Virus record (IMG/VR): IMGVR_UViG_3300031576_000016
Span: 1-64,000 of that record
Direction: 5' to 3' (one strand)
Origin: a virus
DNA length: 64,000 nt
The first letter of the stretch is position 1. Each line of letters starts with the position of its first letter. Position numbers and translations under genes: made by a program. The notes beneath the pieces are model-generated. The model saw only the letters and a list, made by a program, of their open reading frames with translations, did not search any database and was not told the DNA's origin. Of the stretch, positions 1 to 8,845 are shown in pieces.

Positions 1-118
1 ACTTGATATGTACGAGTAACTCGCGGACATCGTTTTTGTGGCCCGGGTCGTTATCGCTTGGGATGTCCGTGAAGCGGATGGTCCGGTTGTGACCGGTGGT
101 TTGGTTTTCAGCTTTCAT
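1..118 (-). CDS. Hypothetical protein, partial (runs off left edge)
   Basis: ATG at 118 just after the stop of 120..395; open frame MKAENQTTGHNRTIRFTDIP... to position 1. Confidence 0.6.
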   Translation of the reverse strand, partial: MKAENQTTGHNRTIRFTDIPSDNDPGHKNDVRELLVHIK

Positions 119-119
119 G

Positions 120-395
120 TCACGCCTCCTTCTTGAACAGGAACCATTCGGTCGGCCGGTCCTTCACACCATCGACGAACAGCTTGCGTTGTTTCGCACA
201 GCGTTCCATCCAGTCGGCCCAGGCACGATTGAAGGAGTCGGGGCCGTGGAAGTAGTTGCCGCACGAGATACTGCCATTGTCCTGGCGGATGTGCGTGCTG
301 TACTTCTTCCCGCCATCATACTCGATGAGCACGACGCTGTACGGGACGGTCATGGGCTCCTTGATGAGCGGGGACGATGCGATGATTTCGTTCAC
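120..395 (-). CDS. Hypothetical phage protein
   Basis: GTG start with AAGGAG RBS, coupled to neighbouring genes. Confidence 0.75.
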   Translation of the reverse strand: MNEIIASSPLIKEPMTVPYSVVLIEYDGGKKYSTHIRQDNGSISCGNYFHGPDSFNRAWADWMERCAKQRKLFVDGVKDRPTEWFLFKKEA

Positions 396-559
396 GACTT
401 GCGCTCCTTATTCCAAGCAGGGTCACTATTGAGGGCGGCAGCAGCAGCTACCGCCCTCTTTTTGTTGTGGAATGGGCCAGCTGCCAGACCACCAGGCGAG
501 AATCGCCTGGTGTCGTAGACAATCCAACCAGCCGGCTTACGTTGGACAATGAATCGCAT
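392..559 (-). CDS. Small hypothetical protein (55 aa, not in ORF track)
   Basis: MRFIVQRKPAGWIVYDTRR...; fills the gap exactly, with a GTGA overlap onto the next gene. Confidence 0.65.
   Translation of the reverse strand: MRFIVQRKPAGWIVYDTRRFSPGGLAAGPFHNKKRAVAAAAALNSDPAWNKERKS
431..466 (+). terminator. Intrinsic-terminator-like hairpin on the antisense (+) strand
   Basis: GAGGGCGG/CCGCCCTC stem followed by TTTTTGTT. Confidence 0.4.
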
Positions 560-562
560 GTG

Positions 563-760
563 TCACACTTTCTTGACTTCCTTGGCGACGGCCAAGTTGA
601 GCATCGAGGCGGTAGTTTTCGCCAGTCGTGTCGCTTCGTCCACGTTGGTGATTTTGTAGTCGTTGATGGTTTGCTTCACGATGCCGTTTTTGACATGGAC
701 GACCCAAAAGCATTTGCGCACCTGGTCGTCCCAGATTTCAACAGCTTCGCTGTGTTTCAT
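563..760 (-). CDS. Hypothetical protein
   Basis: GAGGAGG RBS; tiles the operon. Confidence 0.75.
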   Translation of the reverse strand: MKHSEAVEIWDDQVRKCFWVVHVKNGIVKQTINDYKITNVDEATRLAKTTASMLNLAVAKEVKKV

Positions 761-761
761 G

Positions 762-1055
762 TCAGTTCCTCCTCAGTGAGCGTTCAGCAACACGTTCCAG
801 CACCGCAAGCTGCGTATCATCCAACTCGACGATGTCGCCAATCGGCGTGCCGCCGTAAGTGGCCATGATGCTGGTCATGGCATTAGCAGTGTCGCCGAAC
901 TTCTTGGTCATCTCGCCCATGACTCGGTCGCATTCATTCTCGGGCAAGTTGGTGTCAGCAAGATAGTGACGAAGCTCTTTCGTCCTGGTCTTGTAGCCAT
1001 ACAGGTTTCGGTCCATGACGAAAAACATTATCGTCTCACTGCCTGGCTGGAACAT
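762..1055 (-). CDS. Hypothetical protein
   Basis: AAGGAG RBS; tiles the operon. Confidence 0.75.
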   Translation of the reverse strand: MFQPGSETIMFFVMDRNLYGYKTRTKELRHYLADTNLPENECDRVMGEMTKKFGDTANAMTSIMATYGGTPIGDIVELDDTQLAVLERVAERSLRRN

Positions 1056-1536
1056 GACGAAGCTCCTTTCGCACCGCCTTGAAATTCTCGAACTCGTGGT
1101 CGTACAGACTGCTCACTTCTGCGAGAACGAAGTGGTTGCCACGACGTTTGAACCAGTGAAAGAGTCCCGTTCGGGACTTCTCACCGTAGATGCTGTGATA
1201 GATGCCGACCAGGTCCGCACCTGCGGCCCGGTCGCCAATCTCATACTCACGCTTCCAGAAGAAGCGTGTTCTGTGGGCCTTGAGCAAAGACGGGATGTCC
1301 TTGGGCTCCAGCGTGATGATGAGGGGCTTGAGACCCCAAAATGCCCGGTGACGGTTTTTGTGGTTGATGGGGACATACTTCGTCCACACCAATCTGTCCC
1401 ATTCGGTGCCGATGCTCCCAAGGGACATTTTCTCAAGGTCGTAGCGAAGCGGATGGCTGTAGTTGCCGTCTTTGCCGATGCCGGCGTAATCGAGCACCGG
1501 CCAGGCGACTTCGCTGCCATAGCGACTGACGACCAT
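1036..1536 (-). CDS. Hypothetical protein (start uncertain)
   Basis: Protein-like composition; tiles the operon. Confidence 0.7.
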   Translation of the reverse strand: MVVSRYGSEVAWPVLDYAGIGKDGNYSHPLRYDLEKMSLGSIGTEWDRLVWTKYVPINHKNRHRAFWGLKPLIITLEPKDIPSLLKAHRTRFFWKREYEIGDRAAGADLVGIYHSIYGEKSRTGLFHWFKRRGNHFVLAEVSSLYDHEFENFKAVRKELRHVPARQ

Positions 1537-1576
1537 GCCGTCATCGCGATGGATGGCATATTGAATCTGACGCGTG

Positions 1577-1903
1577 TCAAGCTCCTTTGCATACGACTTC
1601 GTGAAACCGGTCCAGTTGCTTACGCAAGAGGTAACCGGCGAAGCTCACCAGTTCCGGGTCTTCGTCCATTGATAGGACAACGATGTGGCTGGATTCATAT
1701 GGCCGTTTTGCGGACACGTGGTATACGGCCAGAACAAGCTCCAACCTATGCTTGCGAAGGTTATCCCACCACAGAGGAATGTTGGTTACCAGTTCCTTGC
1801 GGCTGCCCTTGAAGTGGATGGGGCAGTTTGCCCCGGTCAGCGAATAGGCAGTCTCCGTGAGTTTGCCAGACGGCTGCCATGCGCCCAGGATGGCGAACAT
1901 CAT
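1577..1903 (-). CDS. Hypothetical protein
   Basis: ATGA overlap with the upstream gene. Confidence 0.7.
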   Translation of the reverse strand: MMFAILGAWQPSGKLTETAYSLTGANCPIHFKGSRKELVTNIPLWWDNLRKHRLELVLAVYHVSAKRPYESSHIVVLSMDEDPELVSFAGYLLRKQLDRFHEVVCKGA

Positions 1904-2301
1904 TGAGCTTCGCTCCTCTCTTTCATGAACTTCTTCAACGCTTCAGCGGTCAGCGTTGTCAACTCGTTTTTCTTCAGTTTGCGTTCCAGGTGATGCTCGA
2001 CGAATTCCATTGGTGTTGCGAAGACTTCGTCGGTATCAGCAGGAAGGGAGAGCACTGGTTCGTCACAGTGCTTGACCACGTTGCTGCGATAGATGGCAGC
2101 CCCAGCGCACTGGACGGCCGAGTCATCCGGCAACTTCGTTGTGTGGCATTCGATGATGCCGTCGTGGTGGGCGAGCAGGCAGTATTCGGCCGGCGTCTTG
2201 TCCGCCAACCAGCCCGGAATCGCTGTGCGAGCGAACGGGCAATCTTTGCACGGATGGTGGATTTGCTTGAGCACAATCCGTGCCTGGTCATGCGTGGTCA
2301 T
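1900..2301 (-). CDS. Cys/His metal-binding protein, DUF6283-like
   Basis: PCxxCPF...CH...CAGA pattern; start re-set to MTTHDQ (ATGA overlap). Confidence 0.6.
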   Translation of the reverse strand: MTTHDQARIVLKQIHHPCKDCPFARTAIPGWLADKTPAEYCLLAHHDGIIECHTTKLPDDSAVQCAGAAIYRSNVVKHCDEPVLSLPADTDEVFATPMEFVEHHLERKLKKNELTTLTAEALKKFMKERSEAQ

Positions 2302-2399
2302 TTCGTTTCTTTTGCGAGCCACAGGCGCTTCCTCCGAATATGCCTGAGCCTTTGGGCTCGGCGGTTGAGCTTGCGACGTTCTTTGTTGCTGGTGTTCAC
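2298..2399 (-). CDS. 33-aa arginine-rich peptide (not in ORF track)
   Basis: MNTSNKERRKLNRRAQRLRHIRRKRLWLAKETK; GTGA overlap upstream and ATGA overlap downstream. Confidence 0.65.
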   Translation of the reverse strand: MNTSNKERRKLNRRAQRLRHIRRKRLWLAKETK

Positions 2400-2755
2400 G
2401 GTTCGTTATCCTCGTAGTCAGGGTTCTCAGCATAGAAGTCTTGCCAGGCTTCTTTGCTCATGTCCACAGGGTTGTTGGGGTCTGTGTCATCGACCTGGTC
2501 CACCGGCCTTCGCGTGCGTTCTTCGTCATAGGCCCGGCGGTCTTCGTCATCGTGGTCAATGTCCCCTTCCGGGAGAAAGTCCAGGTCTTCCATCTCTTCA
2601 AGTTCGCTCGCATCAATTTCGATGCGTGGCTCATGATTACGTGGTCGAGTGGCCCATAGGACGAGTACCCGCACAACTTCTTCGGGTCCTTCCTCAAGCC
2701 ACTCATTCACCTTCCGCTCGAAGTAGGCTTGCGCCTGCTCTTCCGTCATTGGCAT
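2396..2755 (-). CDS. Highly acidic hypothetical protein
   Basis: About one third Asp/Glu; GAGG RBS. Confidence 0.75.
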   Translation of the reverse strand: MPMTEEQAQAYFERKVNEWLEEGPEEVVRVLVLWATRPRNHEPRIEIDASELEEMEDLDFLPEGDIDHDDEDRRAYDEERTRRPVDQVDDTDPNNPVDMSKEAWQDFYAENPDYEDNEP

Positions 2756-2757
2756 GG

Positions 2758-3027
2758 CTACCTCATTTTCATTGGGGTGTTTTTGGGGTACGAGAAGCCC
2801 ATTGCTTTTCGCACATTGATGACCATGCGAGTAGCCCGGTTCGCACTGGCCGCGTGGCCTTGGTCGCCACAGCCGGTGTTGTAGCGATGGGACAGGTAGC
2901 CATAGAGCATTGTGGCACGTTGAATCAACGCGGCAAGCTCCTGTTCCATCTCCTGCTTACCTTGCTGTTGTTCCAACAGCTTCGGCCAATCGACAAATGG
3001 CTGTTCGAGAAGTTCTTGCGTGGTCAC
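2758..3027 (-). CDS. Hypothetical protein
   Basis: GTGA overlap; tiles the operon. Confidence 0.7.
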   Translation of the reverse strand: MTTQELLEQPFVDWPKLLEQQQGKQEMEQELAALIQRATMLYGYLSHRYNTGCGDQGHAASANRATRMVINVRKAMGFSYPKNTPMKMR

Positions 3028-3218
3028 GGTCGCCTTCCTTTCACTTCGGCCATGCCGACCTTGTTGCCGTTGGCATCGTGCAGTGACACATTGGTGCCAT
3101 TTGACAATTCAGCACAGCTTTCAAGTTCAAAGGCCAGTTCACGGAGGATGCGGGCCGCTTCGCTTCCCGCATCCTCAAAGGCCGCATTGTCCATGTTGAT
3201 TGTGATGACCAGTTTCAT
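3024..3218 (-). CDS. Small conserved-looking phage protein
   Basis: MDNAAFED...ARILR...DANGNKVG pattern; ATGA overlap at 3215-3218. Confidence 0.75.
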   Translation of the reverse strand: MKLVITINMDNAAFEDAGSEAARILRELAFELESCAELSNGTNVSLHDANGNKVGMAEVKGRRP

Positions 3219-3727
3219 CGCACATTCTCCGTGAGTTTGCGAACCACTTCCACGCACGCCAGAGCGTGCTTGAGGGTGACACCACCGGGCAAGTAGACTA
3301 GGGGCACATCATGCAGGCTTTCTTCAAGGCCGGCGAGAGCCTCCTTGGTGTTGGCCAAGATGTCTGCGGCCTTGTCGAAATTGCCCTTCATCATCTCGTC
3401 AGCCGCCTTCATGCCGCACAGCACGCCGCCTGCCAGCGCCAGTTGCTTCATGATATAGCCATTGCCTTCGATGAACACCTTGATGTGCTCGCTGGGCTCG
3501 GGGAGTTCCACTGTGAAGAGCACGCGGCGTTTGTCGCCATCTTTCTTCTTGCGGTCGGCCGAGTTGAGCCCATCGCCCATCACTTCGGCCTTGACGGTCA
3601 TGCCGCTCTCACCGCCCTCATGGGCGGTGTTGAGCCAGGCCCATACCTTGTTCGAGCTACGTCGCCCACCAAGGGAGACTTCGCGGTTGTCATTGCCCGC
3701 CTTGATGAATGCGTTCACACGTCCCAT
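3215..3727 (-). CDS. Hypothetical protein
   Basis: AAGGAG RBS before MGRVNAF. Confidence 0.75.
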   Translation of the reverse strand: MGRVNAFIKAGNDNREVSLGGRRSSNKVWAWLNTAHEGGESGMTVKAEVMGDGLNSADRKKKDGDKRRVLFTVELPEPSEHIKVFIEGNGYIMKQLALAGGVLCGMKAADEMMKGNFDKAADILANTKEALAGLEESLHDVPLVYLPGGVTLKHALACVEVVRKLTENVR

Positions 3728-3728
3728 G

Positions 3729-4736
3729 CTATTCTCCTTCGTAGTCAGCACTCACTTGCACATTGCCGATGATGACATTGTGCTCCACGTACTTGATTGG
3801 CTCACGCCAGTTGCACACTTTCGGGATGATGGCCTTATTGATGTATCCCTTGGCTCGCCAGGTCGGGATGTGCGTCTTGCAGAAACAGGTGGGTAACGTC
3901 CTGTAGTAGACGTAGTTGCTGGCCAGTTCAGCAGGAATGCCAGGCACAGGCAAGGCGAACGAGAGACACACGAATCCCTTATCCCATTCAGGTTTCGTGC
4001 CCACCATGTTGAGCTTACGCCTGGTCATGGCACAGGCCAGGTAGATGGCCAGGCGATGTTGTCGCATGTCGTCGTTGTCATCGTGCAGCCGTTTGTAGGC
4101 GGCGTAGTGGTGGTTGCGTTGCTCCCACTCGATGATGCCTTTCCAGCCCTCATCGAGCAGGCGCTGGTATGTGGGCATGGTTGCGGCCCTGGCGACATTC
4201 AGAAAGCTGACGGGGTCGCTTTCACGCAGGTAATCATGAATCATGGCCGCGTACTTCCATGCCGCATCATTGAACAGGCCGGCCTTTTCCATCTGCGATT
4301 CACGCAGCAGCGTCACGCCAAATTCGCTGCACAGTTGCTGGAGGCTGTTGCAGTAGAGAGCGGTACTCTCTTGGATGTTGGCCTGGTCCGCGAACAGACA
4401 CAAGCCTGACGTGTCTTCTGCTCGCACCACCAGTTCGCATCCCGGCTTGTAGCAGGCGGCAACCCGGTCTTGAAGATGACGCAGTTGTCTGATGGTGAAC
4501 AATTCGGCAACATCAATCGGTTCGCCGAACTTGGCCTTGGTGGACCAGAAGGGCACCAGGATTGGGATGGGGCGATTGTCCTTGACGTAGCTGGAGATGA
4601 TTTCTCCAACGCGGTCGTCAGGAGCAGAGCCAAGGCGAATGCTGCGTGTCGCATACACAGCCTCGATGGGGCATTGCGCTGCCATCGGTGGCTCACGCAT
4701 TGCCTGTTGAAGAAACTCCACGACTTTCGTTTCCAT
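3729..4736 (-). CDS. Isonitrile (isocyanide) synthase-like protein, PvcA/Dit1/IsnA family
   Basis: YVxxxxPIxILVPFxxxK...DxAExxxxxxLxxLxxxVxxxYxPGxxxxxxxED and C-terminal PxW follow the motif order of the family. Confidence 0.55.
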   Translation of the reverse strand: METKVVEFLQQAMREPPMAAQCPIEAVYATRSIRLGSAPDDRVGEIISSYVKDNRPIPILVPFWSTKAKFGEPIDVAELFTIRQLRHLQDRVAACYKPGCELVVRAEDTSGLCLFADQANIQESTALYCNSLQQLCSEFGVTLLRESQMEKAGLFNDAAWKYAAMIHDYLRESDPVSFLNVARAATMPTYQRLLDEGWKGIIEWEQRNHHYAAYKRLHDDNDDMRQHRLAIYLACAMTRRKLNMVGTKPEWDKGFVCLSFALPVPGIPAELASNYVYYRTLPTCFCKTHIPTWRAKGYINKAIIPKVCNWREPIKYVEHNVIIGNVQVSADYEGE

Positions 4737-4932
4737 AGTCGGTTCCCTTGCGTTGTTCGGCAGCTTGACTGGCGATTTTGAAGGCGAGTGCGGCTGCCTG
4801 TTTCGCACTCTCTTCTGCTGCATCCGGGTCATCGGTCAACCCACTGTCGGCGTCGTTGTTGTAGTTGCTATTGGCGTAGTGGAGAAAATCAACTACCTTG
4901 TCAACTTCCTCCGGTGTCAGGTCGAGTATCAC
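4693..4932 (-). CDS. Hypothetical protein
   Basis: Tiles the operon; AAGGA RBS. Confidence 0.6.
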   Translation of the reverse strand: MILDLTPEEVDKVVDFLHYANSNYNNDADSGLTDDPDAAEESAKQAAALAFKIASQAAEQRKGTDYGNESRGVSSTGNA

Positions 4933-5110
4933 GCTTTTGTTCCTTTTCCTTCATGACCATATTGATGAAAAAGAGCTTGTCCTGTTCGGCCTTGCTGGAG
5001 GCTCCACGCTCATTGCCACGCTCGATGATGCGTTCCATCTTGATGCCAAGGTTGGCAAGCTCGTCATATGACATCAAGCGGAATTTGTCGATGAGTGGGT
5101 TATTCCACAT
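4901..5110 (-). CDS. Hypothetical protein
   Basis: Tiles the operon. Confidence 0.6.
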   Translation of the reverse strand: MWNNPLIDKFRLMSYDELANLGIKMERIIERGNERGASSKAEQDKLFFINMVMKEKEQKRDTRPDTGGS

Positions 5111-5510
5111 CTTTCGAGTCCTCAATGGTGAGCATCGTCATGTCATCGAGCCGGCCGTATGCGGCGAAGTAGATGCAGTCTTCGCAGATGACATATTCCT
5201 GAATCCGCTTCTCTTTACGATTGTATCCCGTTGCGTCCTCGCGGCTACCACCCAGGGGACGCCGACAGCAATCACACGCTCGCCAGGAGAAGAACGGCTC
5301 GCCGATAAGCGGCTCGCCGAAGGCGGGGCACTCAGCGTTGGCACAAGTCGGGTAATCGCCATCGCGATTGAGTTCGGTGCGACATCGCTCGCAGGTCACA
5401 CGCCCACCGGACAGATTCTCGATTTCCTCTTTCTCGAAGAACTCGGTGACACGTCGTCGATATTCTTCGTAGTCGGCCTTGGTTCGGACATCTTTCAGCG
5501 GAGTATCCAT
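5100..5510 (-). CDS. Cys-rich zinc-binding phage protein
   Basis: CxxC, CxxxxC, FSWxxCDCC...LGGxR and CxxC motifs. Confidence 0.7.
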   Translation of the reverse strand: MDTPLKDVRTKADYEEYRRRVTEFFEKEEIENLSGGRVTCERCRTELNRDGDYPTCANAECPAFGEPLIGEPFFSWRACDCCRRPLGGSREDATGYNRKEKRIQEYVICEDCIYFAAYGRLDDMTMLTIEDSKDVE

Positions 5511-5511
5511 G

Positions 5512-5883
5512 TCACACCTGGATGTATTCGAGCAGCCTTTTGAGTTTCGTGCGCGTGCTCAGGTCAAGGCCGCGTTTACCAAGCACATCAGCAATTTCGT
5601 AGTCGTATTGCAGGAACACAGACAGTTCTTGCGGTGGTTCAACGTCATCGGGACCGTAGCCCTGAAGACCAATGTAGTCCAGGCCGGTGTTTTCGCACAG
5701 GCAGTACACCCGGTCCCCTTCGTAGAAGAGCCAGATGGAATCGTTGCTGCCACATGGCAACACGTGACGACGTTTCTTGCCCTGGATGGTGGGCTTGATT
5801 ACCGAGGCGGGATTCTCCCGCCTCGCTGCACATTGAGAGTCAAGGCTTTCGCGGTACACTTTCGTGTCAAGTTCTCGCATCAT
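5512..5883 (-). CDS. Hypothetical protein
   Basis: ATGA overlap at 5880-5883. Confidence 0.7.
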   Translation of the reverse strand: MMRELDTKVYRESLDSQCAARRENPASVIKPTIQGKKRRHVLPCGSNDSIWLFYEGDRVYCLCENTGLDYIGLQGYGPDDVEPPQELSVFLQYDYEIADVLGKRGLDLSTRTKLKRLLEYIQV

Positions 5884-6176
5884 CGGTAGAACCTCGCATT
5901 GGGAAGCCAATAACGCACACGCTTTTTGGCATCTTCACGAGAAGCTGCCCTGACGAACACTTCGATGTCGTAACCTGGCTCGTAGGCCCAATAGATGAAG
6001 GTGACAGGGCTGTCATTCACTGGCCCACCCCAATAGGCCCCGCCCTGGTCGTAGTCACCATCCACCCAACGAAGACGAATGAGGTTGAGCTTATAGGACA
6101 TCGCTCTGTCAGCAGGCAGACGATTGGGCCTGCCCATCTGAGCGCCGTACTTGCTTGACGCATTACTCAGCAGCAT
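5880..6176 (-). CDS. Conserved-looking phage protein
   Basis: YGAxMGR...GDYDxGGAYWG motif; GGAGG RBS. Confidence 0.75.
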   Translation of the reverse strand: MLLSNASSKYGAQMGRPNRLPADRAMSYKLNLIRLRWVDGDYDQGGAYWGGPVNDSPVTFIYWAYEPGYDIEVFVRAASREDAKKRVRYWLPNARFYR

Positions 6177-6177
6177 G

Positions 6178-6891
6178 TCATCCCTCCCTTGTGCCATTGA
6201 TGGTGAAGGTGTAGTCGTTGGCCTCAGCGAAGTCGCTAATGGCCTCCTCGCTTGTTTGGTCGTCGTGCCCCTCTTCGAGGGATTTGTAGATGGCTTGGCT
6301 CAGTTGCTCACGTAGCTTCTCCACGTCAGCTTCCCAATCATTGACCAGGCCATCGAGTTTCTCGGGGCCACACCACTCGACCTTGAAGTCGCAGGTGTTG
6401 TAATGCACATACCGAGAATCGGTACGCACCACCTTACCGGACAGGTCATTGGCGTAGCGGAGCAGTTTCTTGTACTGCACTTCCCACGGCTCACCGTTTG
6501 AGCCAATCTTGCGGTGAATGTAACCGCTGAAATCTTCGCCGCCTTCGGCGTTCCAGGCGTTCTTGCGTTTGGTGCCCATGATGCTGTCAGAGGGCGTGAC
6601 CTTGTGCGTCATGAACTGTAGCAGGCGGCGACAGTCCACATAGTCACAGGTGAAGCTGGCTCCATCTCCCTGTGACCAGAAGCCCGAGAAGCTGATTTTG
6701 GCCTCATCGAAACCAATCTGCGTGAGGGCCTTACCCCACATCTCATAGATGTAGTCCCACCAATCATGGTCAGTCTGACCTTCACGCAACCACTGTTGGA
6801 CCTTTTCGATGGCCCTGGTTTGGACTTTCCCCTACTTGTGGAGTTCGAGCAACTCCTTGTAGGTGTAGACGGTCTTAGTGACTGTCTTCAT
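6178..6891 (-). pseudogene. Phage protein of the VYTxxEL...FSGFWSQGDGASF family, interrupted by an in-frame TAG at 6832-6834
   Basis: GAGGAGG RBS plus ATG at 6891; reads MKTVTKTVYTYKELLELHK*GKVQTRAIEKVQQWLREGQ..., continuous in one frame. Confidence 0.7.
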
Positions 6892-7153
6892 GTTGTTCCT
6901 CCTCAATGTCCATGTTGATGAGCATTTCCCCACAGTGCCCACATCGAGTGCAGTTGTGGAAGCCGGACATGATTGCGCCGGTAGGGTCAACCAACCAGCC
7001 ATTCTCCAGGTAGGATTGGACAGTCCATACCACAGAACCAGCTGTGCTAAGGTCGATGTCGATGTCACCGTTGTTATTGGTGAGCAGAGAGGAACACTGT
7101 GGGCAATGGGTGAGTGGTTGCCCCTCGTGCATGTAGCGATAGCGTGGCATCAC
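6875..7153 (-). CDS. Zinc-ribbon protein
   Basis: CPQC...CGHC; GAGGAG RBS. Confidence 0.7.
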   Translation of the reverse strand: MMPRYRYMHEGQPLTHCPQCSSLLTNNNGDIDIDLSTAGSVVWTVQSYLENGWLVDPTGAIMSGFHNCTRCGHCGEMLINMDIEEEQHEDSH

Positions 7154-7341
7154 TTCTCCTCTTTGTAATCGTCAATCTCGAAGGTGTCAGTTTCGTACTG
7201 ACTACGATTGTTACCACCTTCGGGAATGTCGATGTCGTTGAACGCATCCTCACGGTCTTGCCCCGCTTCCACCACCACGGTAGCAACGAATTGGACAGTG
7301 TAACGGACCTTGAAGATGCGTGTGCGTTTGGATGCTGGCAT
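7150..7341 (-). CDS. Small hypothetical protein (DpnD/PcfM-like pattern)
   Basis: xxVxVEAxxxxDA pattern. Confidence 0.65.
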   Translation of the reverse strand: MPASKRTRIFKVRYTVQFVATVVVEAGQDREDAFNDIDIPEGGNNRSQYETDTFEIDDYKEEK

Positions 7342-7961
7342 TACAGGGCACTCCTTTCAATCGTACCATCCAGCACATTGACCTTGAGGGCCTCCTTCAG
7401 TACCTCATCGCTCTCATGGTCATAGCACTGGATGTCCACGCTTTCGAGCAGGGCAATGACATCTTCCCTGCTCATTTCCTGAATCTGGAACTTGAGGTTC
7501 TCACGCTCCGTTTCTCGGTAGAGGTTGTCTGCACAATGTTCGGAGCAACATGGGTAGTCATCAGCATCCATGTCCAGTGGATGCCATTTCTCTTTGCCCA
7601 GCAAATCCCCACACTGCACACAACGGGGAAGCGTCTCATCGAACTGTTTCGCTTCAGCCAACATGCGGGCGAACACTTCCTCAGTGGCCGGCTCTTCAGA
7701 CAGGTGCAGGCCCATGCCGTGGGTGTTGCCCACAGCAATCTGAATATCATCGTTGGGAGCATCAGCCTGCCACGCTTTCGCAATGGCGATGGCCGCTTCG
7801 GTAGCAGGTGTCAGGCCCTGGTATTCCTCCATCTCGCCAGCGTAGCGTTTGCACAGGGCATCAGACCCAGAGTAGTCGATACCACCCTGGGTGATTTCGA
7901 CAATCTTCTCACCATCGGGCCAGCGGTGTTGACGGGTGACAGTGAATGTTGCTTCGCTCAT
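7341..7961 (-). CDS. Hypothetical protein with zinc finger
   Basis: CxxCG...CCSxxC; ATGA overlap. Confidence 0.75.
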   Translation of the reverse strand: MSEATFTVTRQHRWPDGEKIVEITQGGIDYSGSDALCKRYAGEMEEYQGLTPATEAAIAIAKAWQADAPNDDIQIAVGNTHGMGLHLSEEPATEEVFARMLAEAKQFDETLPRCVQCGDLLGKEKWHPLDMDADDYPCCSEHCADNLYRETERENLKFQIQEMSREDVIALLESVDIQCYDHESDEVLKEALKVNVLDGTIERSAL

Positions 7962-8839
7962 AGGGTCTCCACGGTCATGGGAATCCGTAGGTACTGTTTA
8001 CGCTCGTACTCATCAATCCTGGTGCCATCGGGCACCTTCCACGGATTGAGCATGAAGTTCGCACCAAAGGGATGGTGTTCGTTCTTTGTCCCTGACCAGT
8101 AGCTACCGATGTACCACTCGTAGGGGCTATCGGTCCAAGCGAAACAGAACTTGCTGCGCTTGTGCATTTTCTCGGGCTGTGTACCCACCAGAATGATTCT
8201 GGTATCATCATCCCGATTCGTATCCGTGTACATCGCACCTTCGTATGCGAGGTTGTCGAGCAGCACCTTGACGGGCTTGACATCTTTGACATTGGTCAAT
8301 GACTGCAACCAGGTCACCACAGCCATTGCCGATTTGGATGGGCTGCACGTTTTCGTTGGCCCAGCCGTTCGCTTCACTGCCTGGGGCGGTTGTTCCACGA
8401 CGATGTTGAAGCGGGCTGCATCGTGGATGGTTTCCACCATGCCAAATTGCCAGTGCGGTTTGTTCTTGTCTCCTGGTGTGAATACCTGGCGACCACCAGA
8501 TTCCAGCGCCTCCGATTGCCATACCGTGATGCCGCGCCCCTCAGTGAGCCAACTCAGCATCTGGTCACGTTGTTCCGCTTTCCTCACGGTCACGTTGTAG
8601 ACGGCCTCCCATCCAAGGGGCGGGTCAATCATCTCCAAGGGCACAAGGCGCTGGTCACCTTCGACGGGCTTGTCCCCATTCAGCAGTTGGAGCAGAGCAT
8701 TCGTGCCCACGATTCCTTCCACACGTAGCCATGCCCACACAGTGGCATGAGTCGTGTGCGTGATGTGGTCGGCATACACTGTCAGGTAGTTGTCAAACGT
8801 CTTGAGCTTGACGCGAGCACCAATGGGTGGAACCCACAT
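7958..8839 (-). CDS. Hypothetical protein (293 aa)
   Basis: Long ORF with AAGGA RBS. Confidence 0.8.
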   Translation of the reverse strand: MWVPPIGARVKLKTFDNYLTVYADHITHTTHATVWAWLRVEGIVGTNALLQLLNGDKPVEGDQRLVPLEMIDPPLGWEAVYNVTVRKAEQRDQMLSWLTEGRGITVWQSEALESGGRQVFTPGDKNKPHWQFGMVETIHDAARFNIVVEQPPQAVKRTAGPTKTCSPSKSAMAVVTWLQSLTNVKDVKPVKVLLDNLAYEGAMYTDTNRDDDTRIILVGTQPEKMHKRSKFCFAWTDSPYEWYIGSYWSGTKNEHHPFGANFMLNPWKVPDGTRIDEYERKQYLRIPMTVETL

Positions 8840-8845
8840 ACTGCA

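Noticed and set aside
1879-3234. Long + strand ORFs in the left arm (also 1015..1812, 13307..14359, 16629..17561)
   Set aside because: Antisense to a tightly coupled minus-strand operon; implausible composition
6832-6834. Genome-wide TAG recoding (code 15)
   Set aside because: TAG ends several genes immediately before the next start, and long structural genes are intact under code 11
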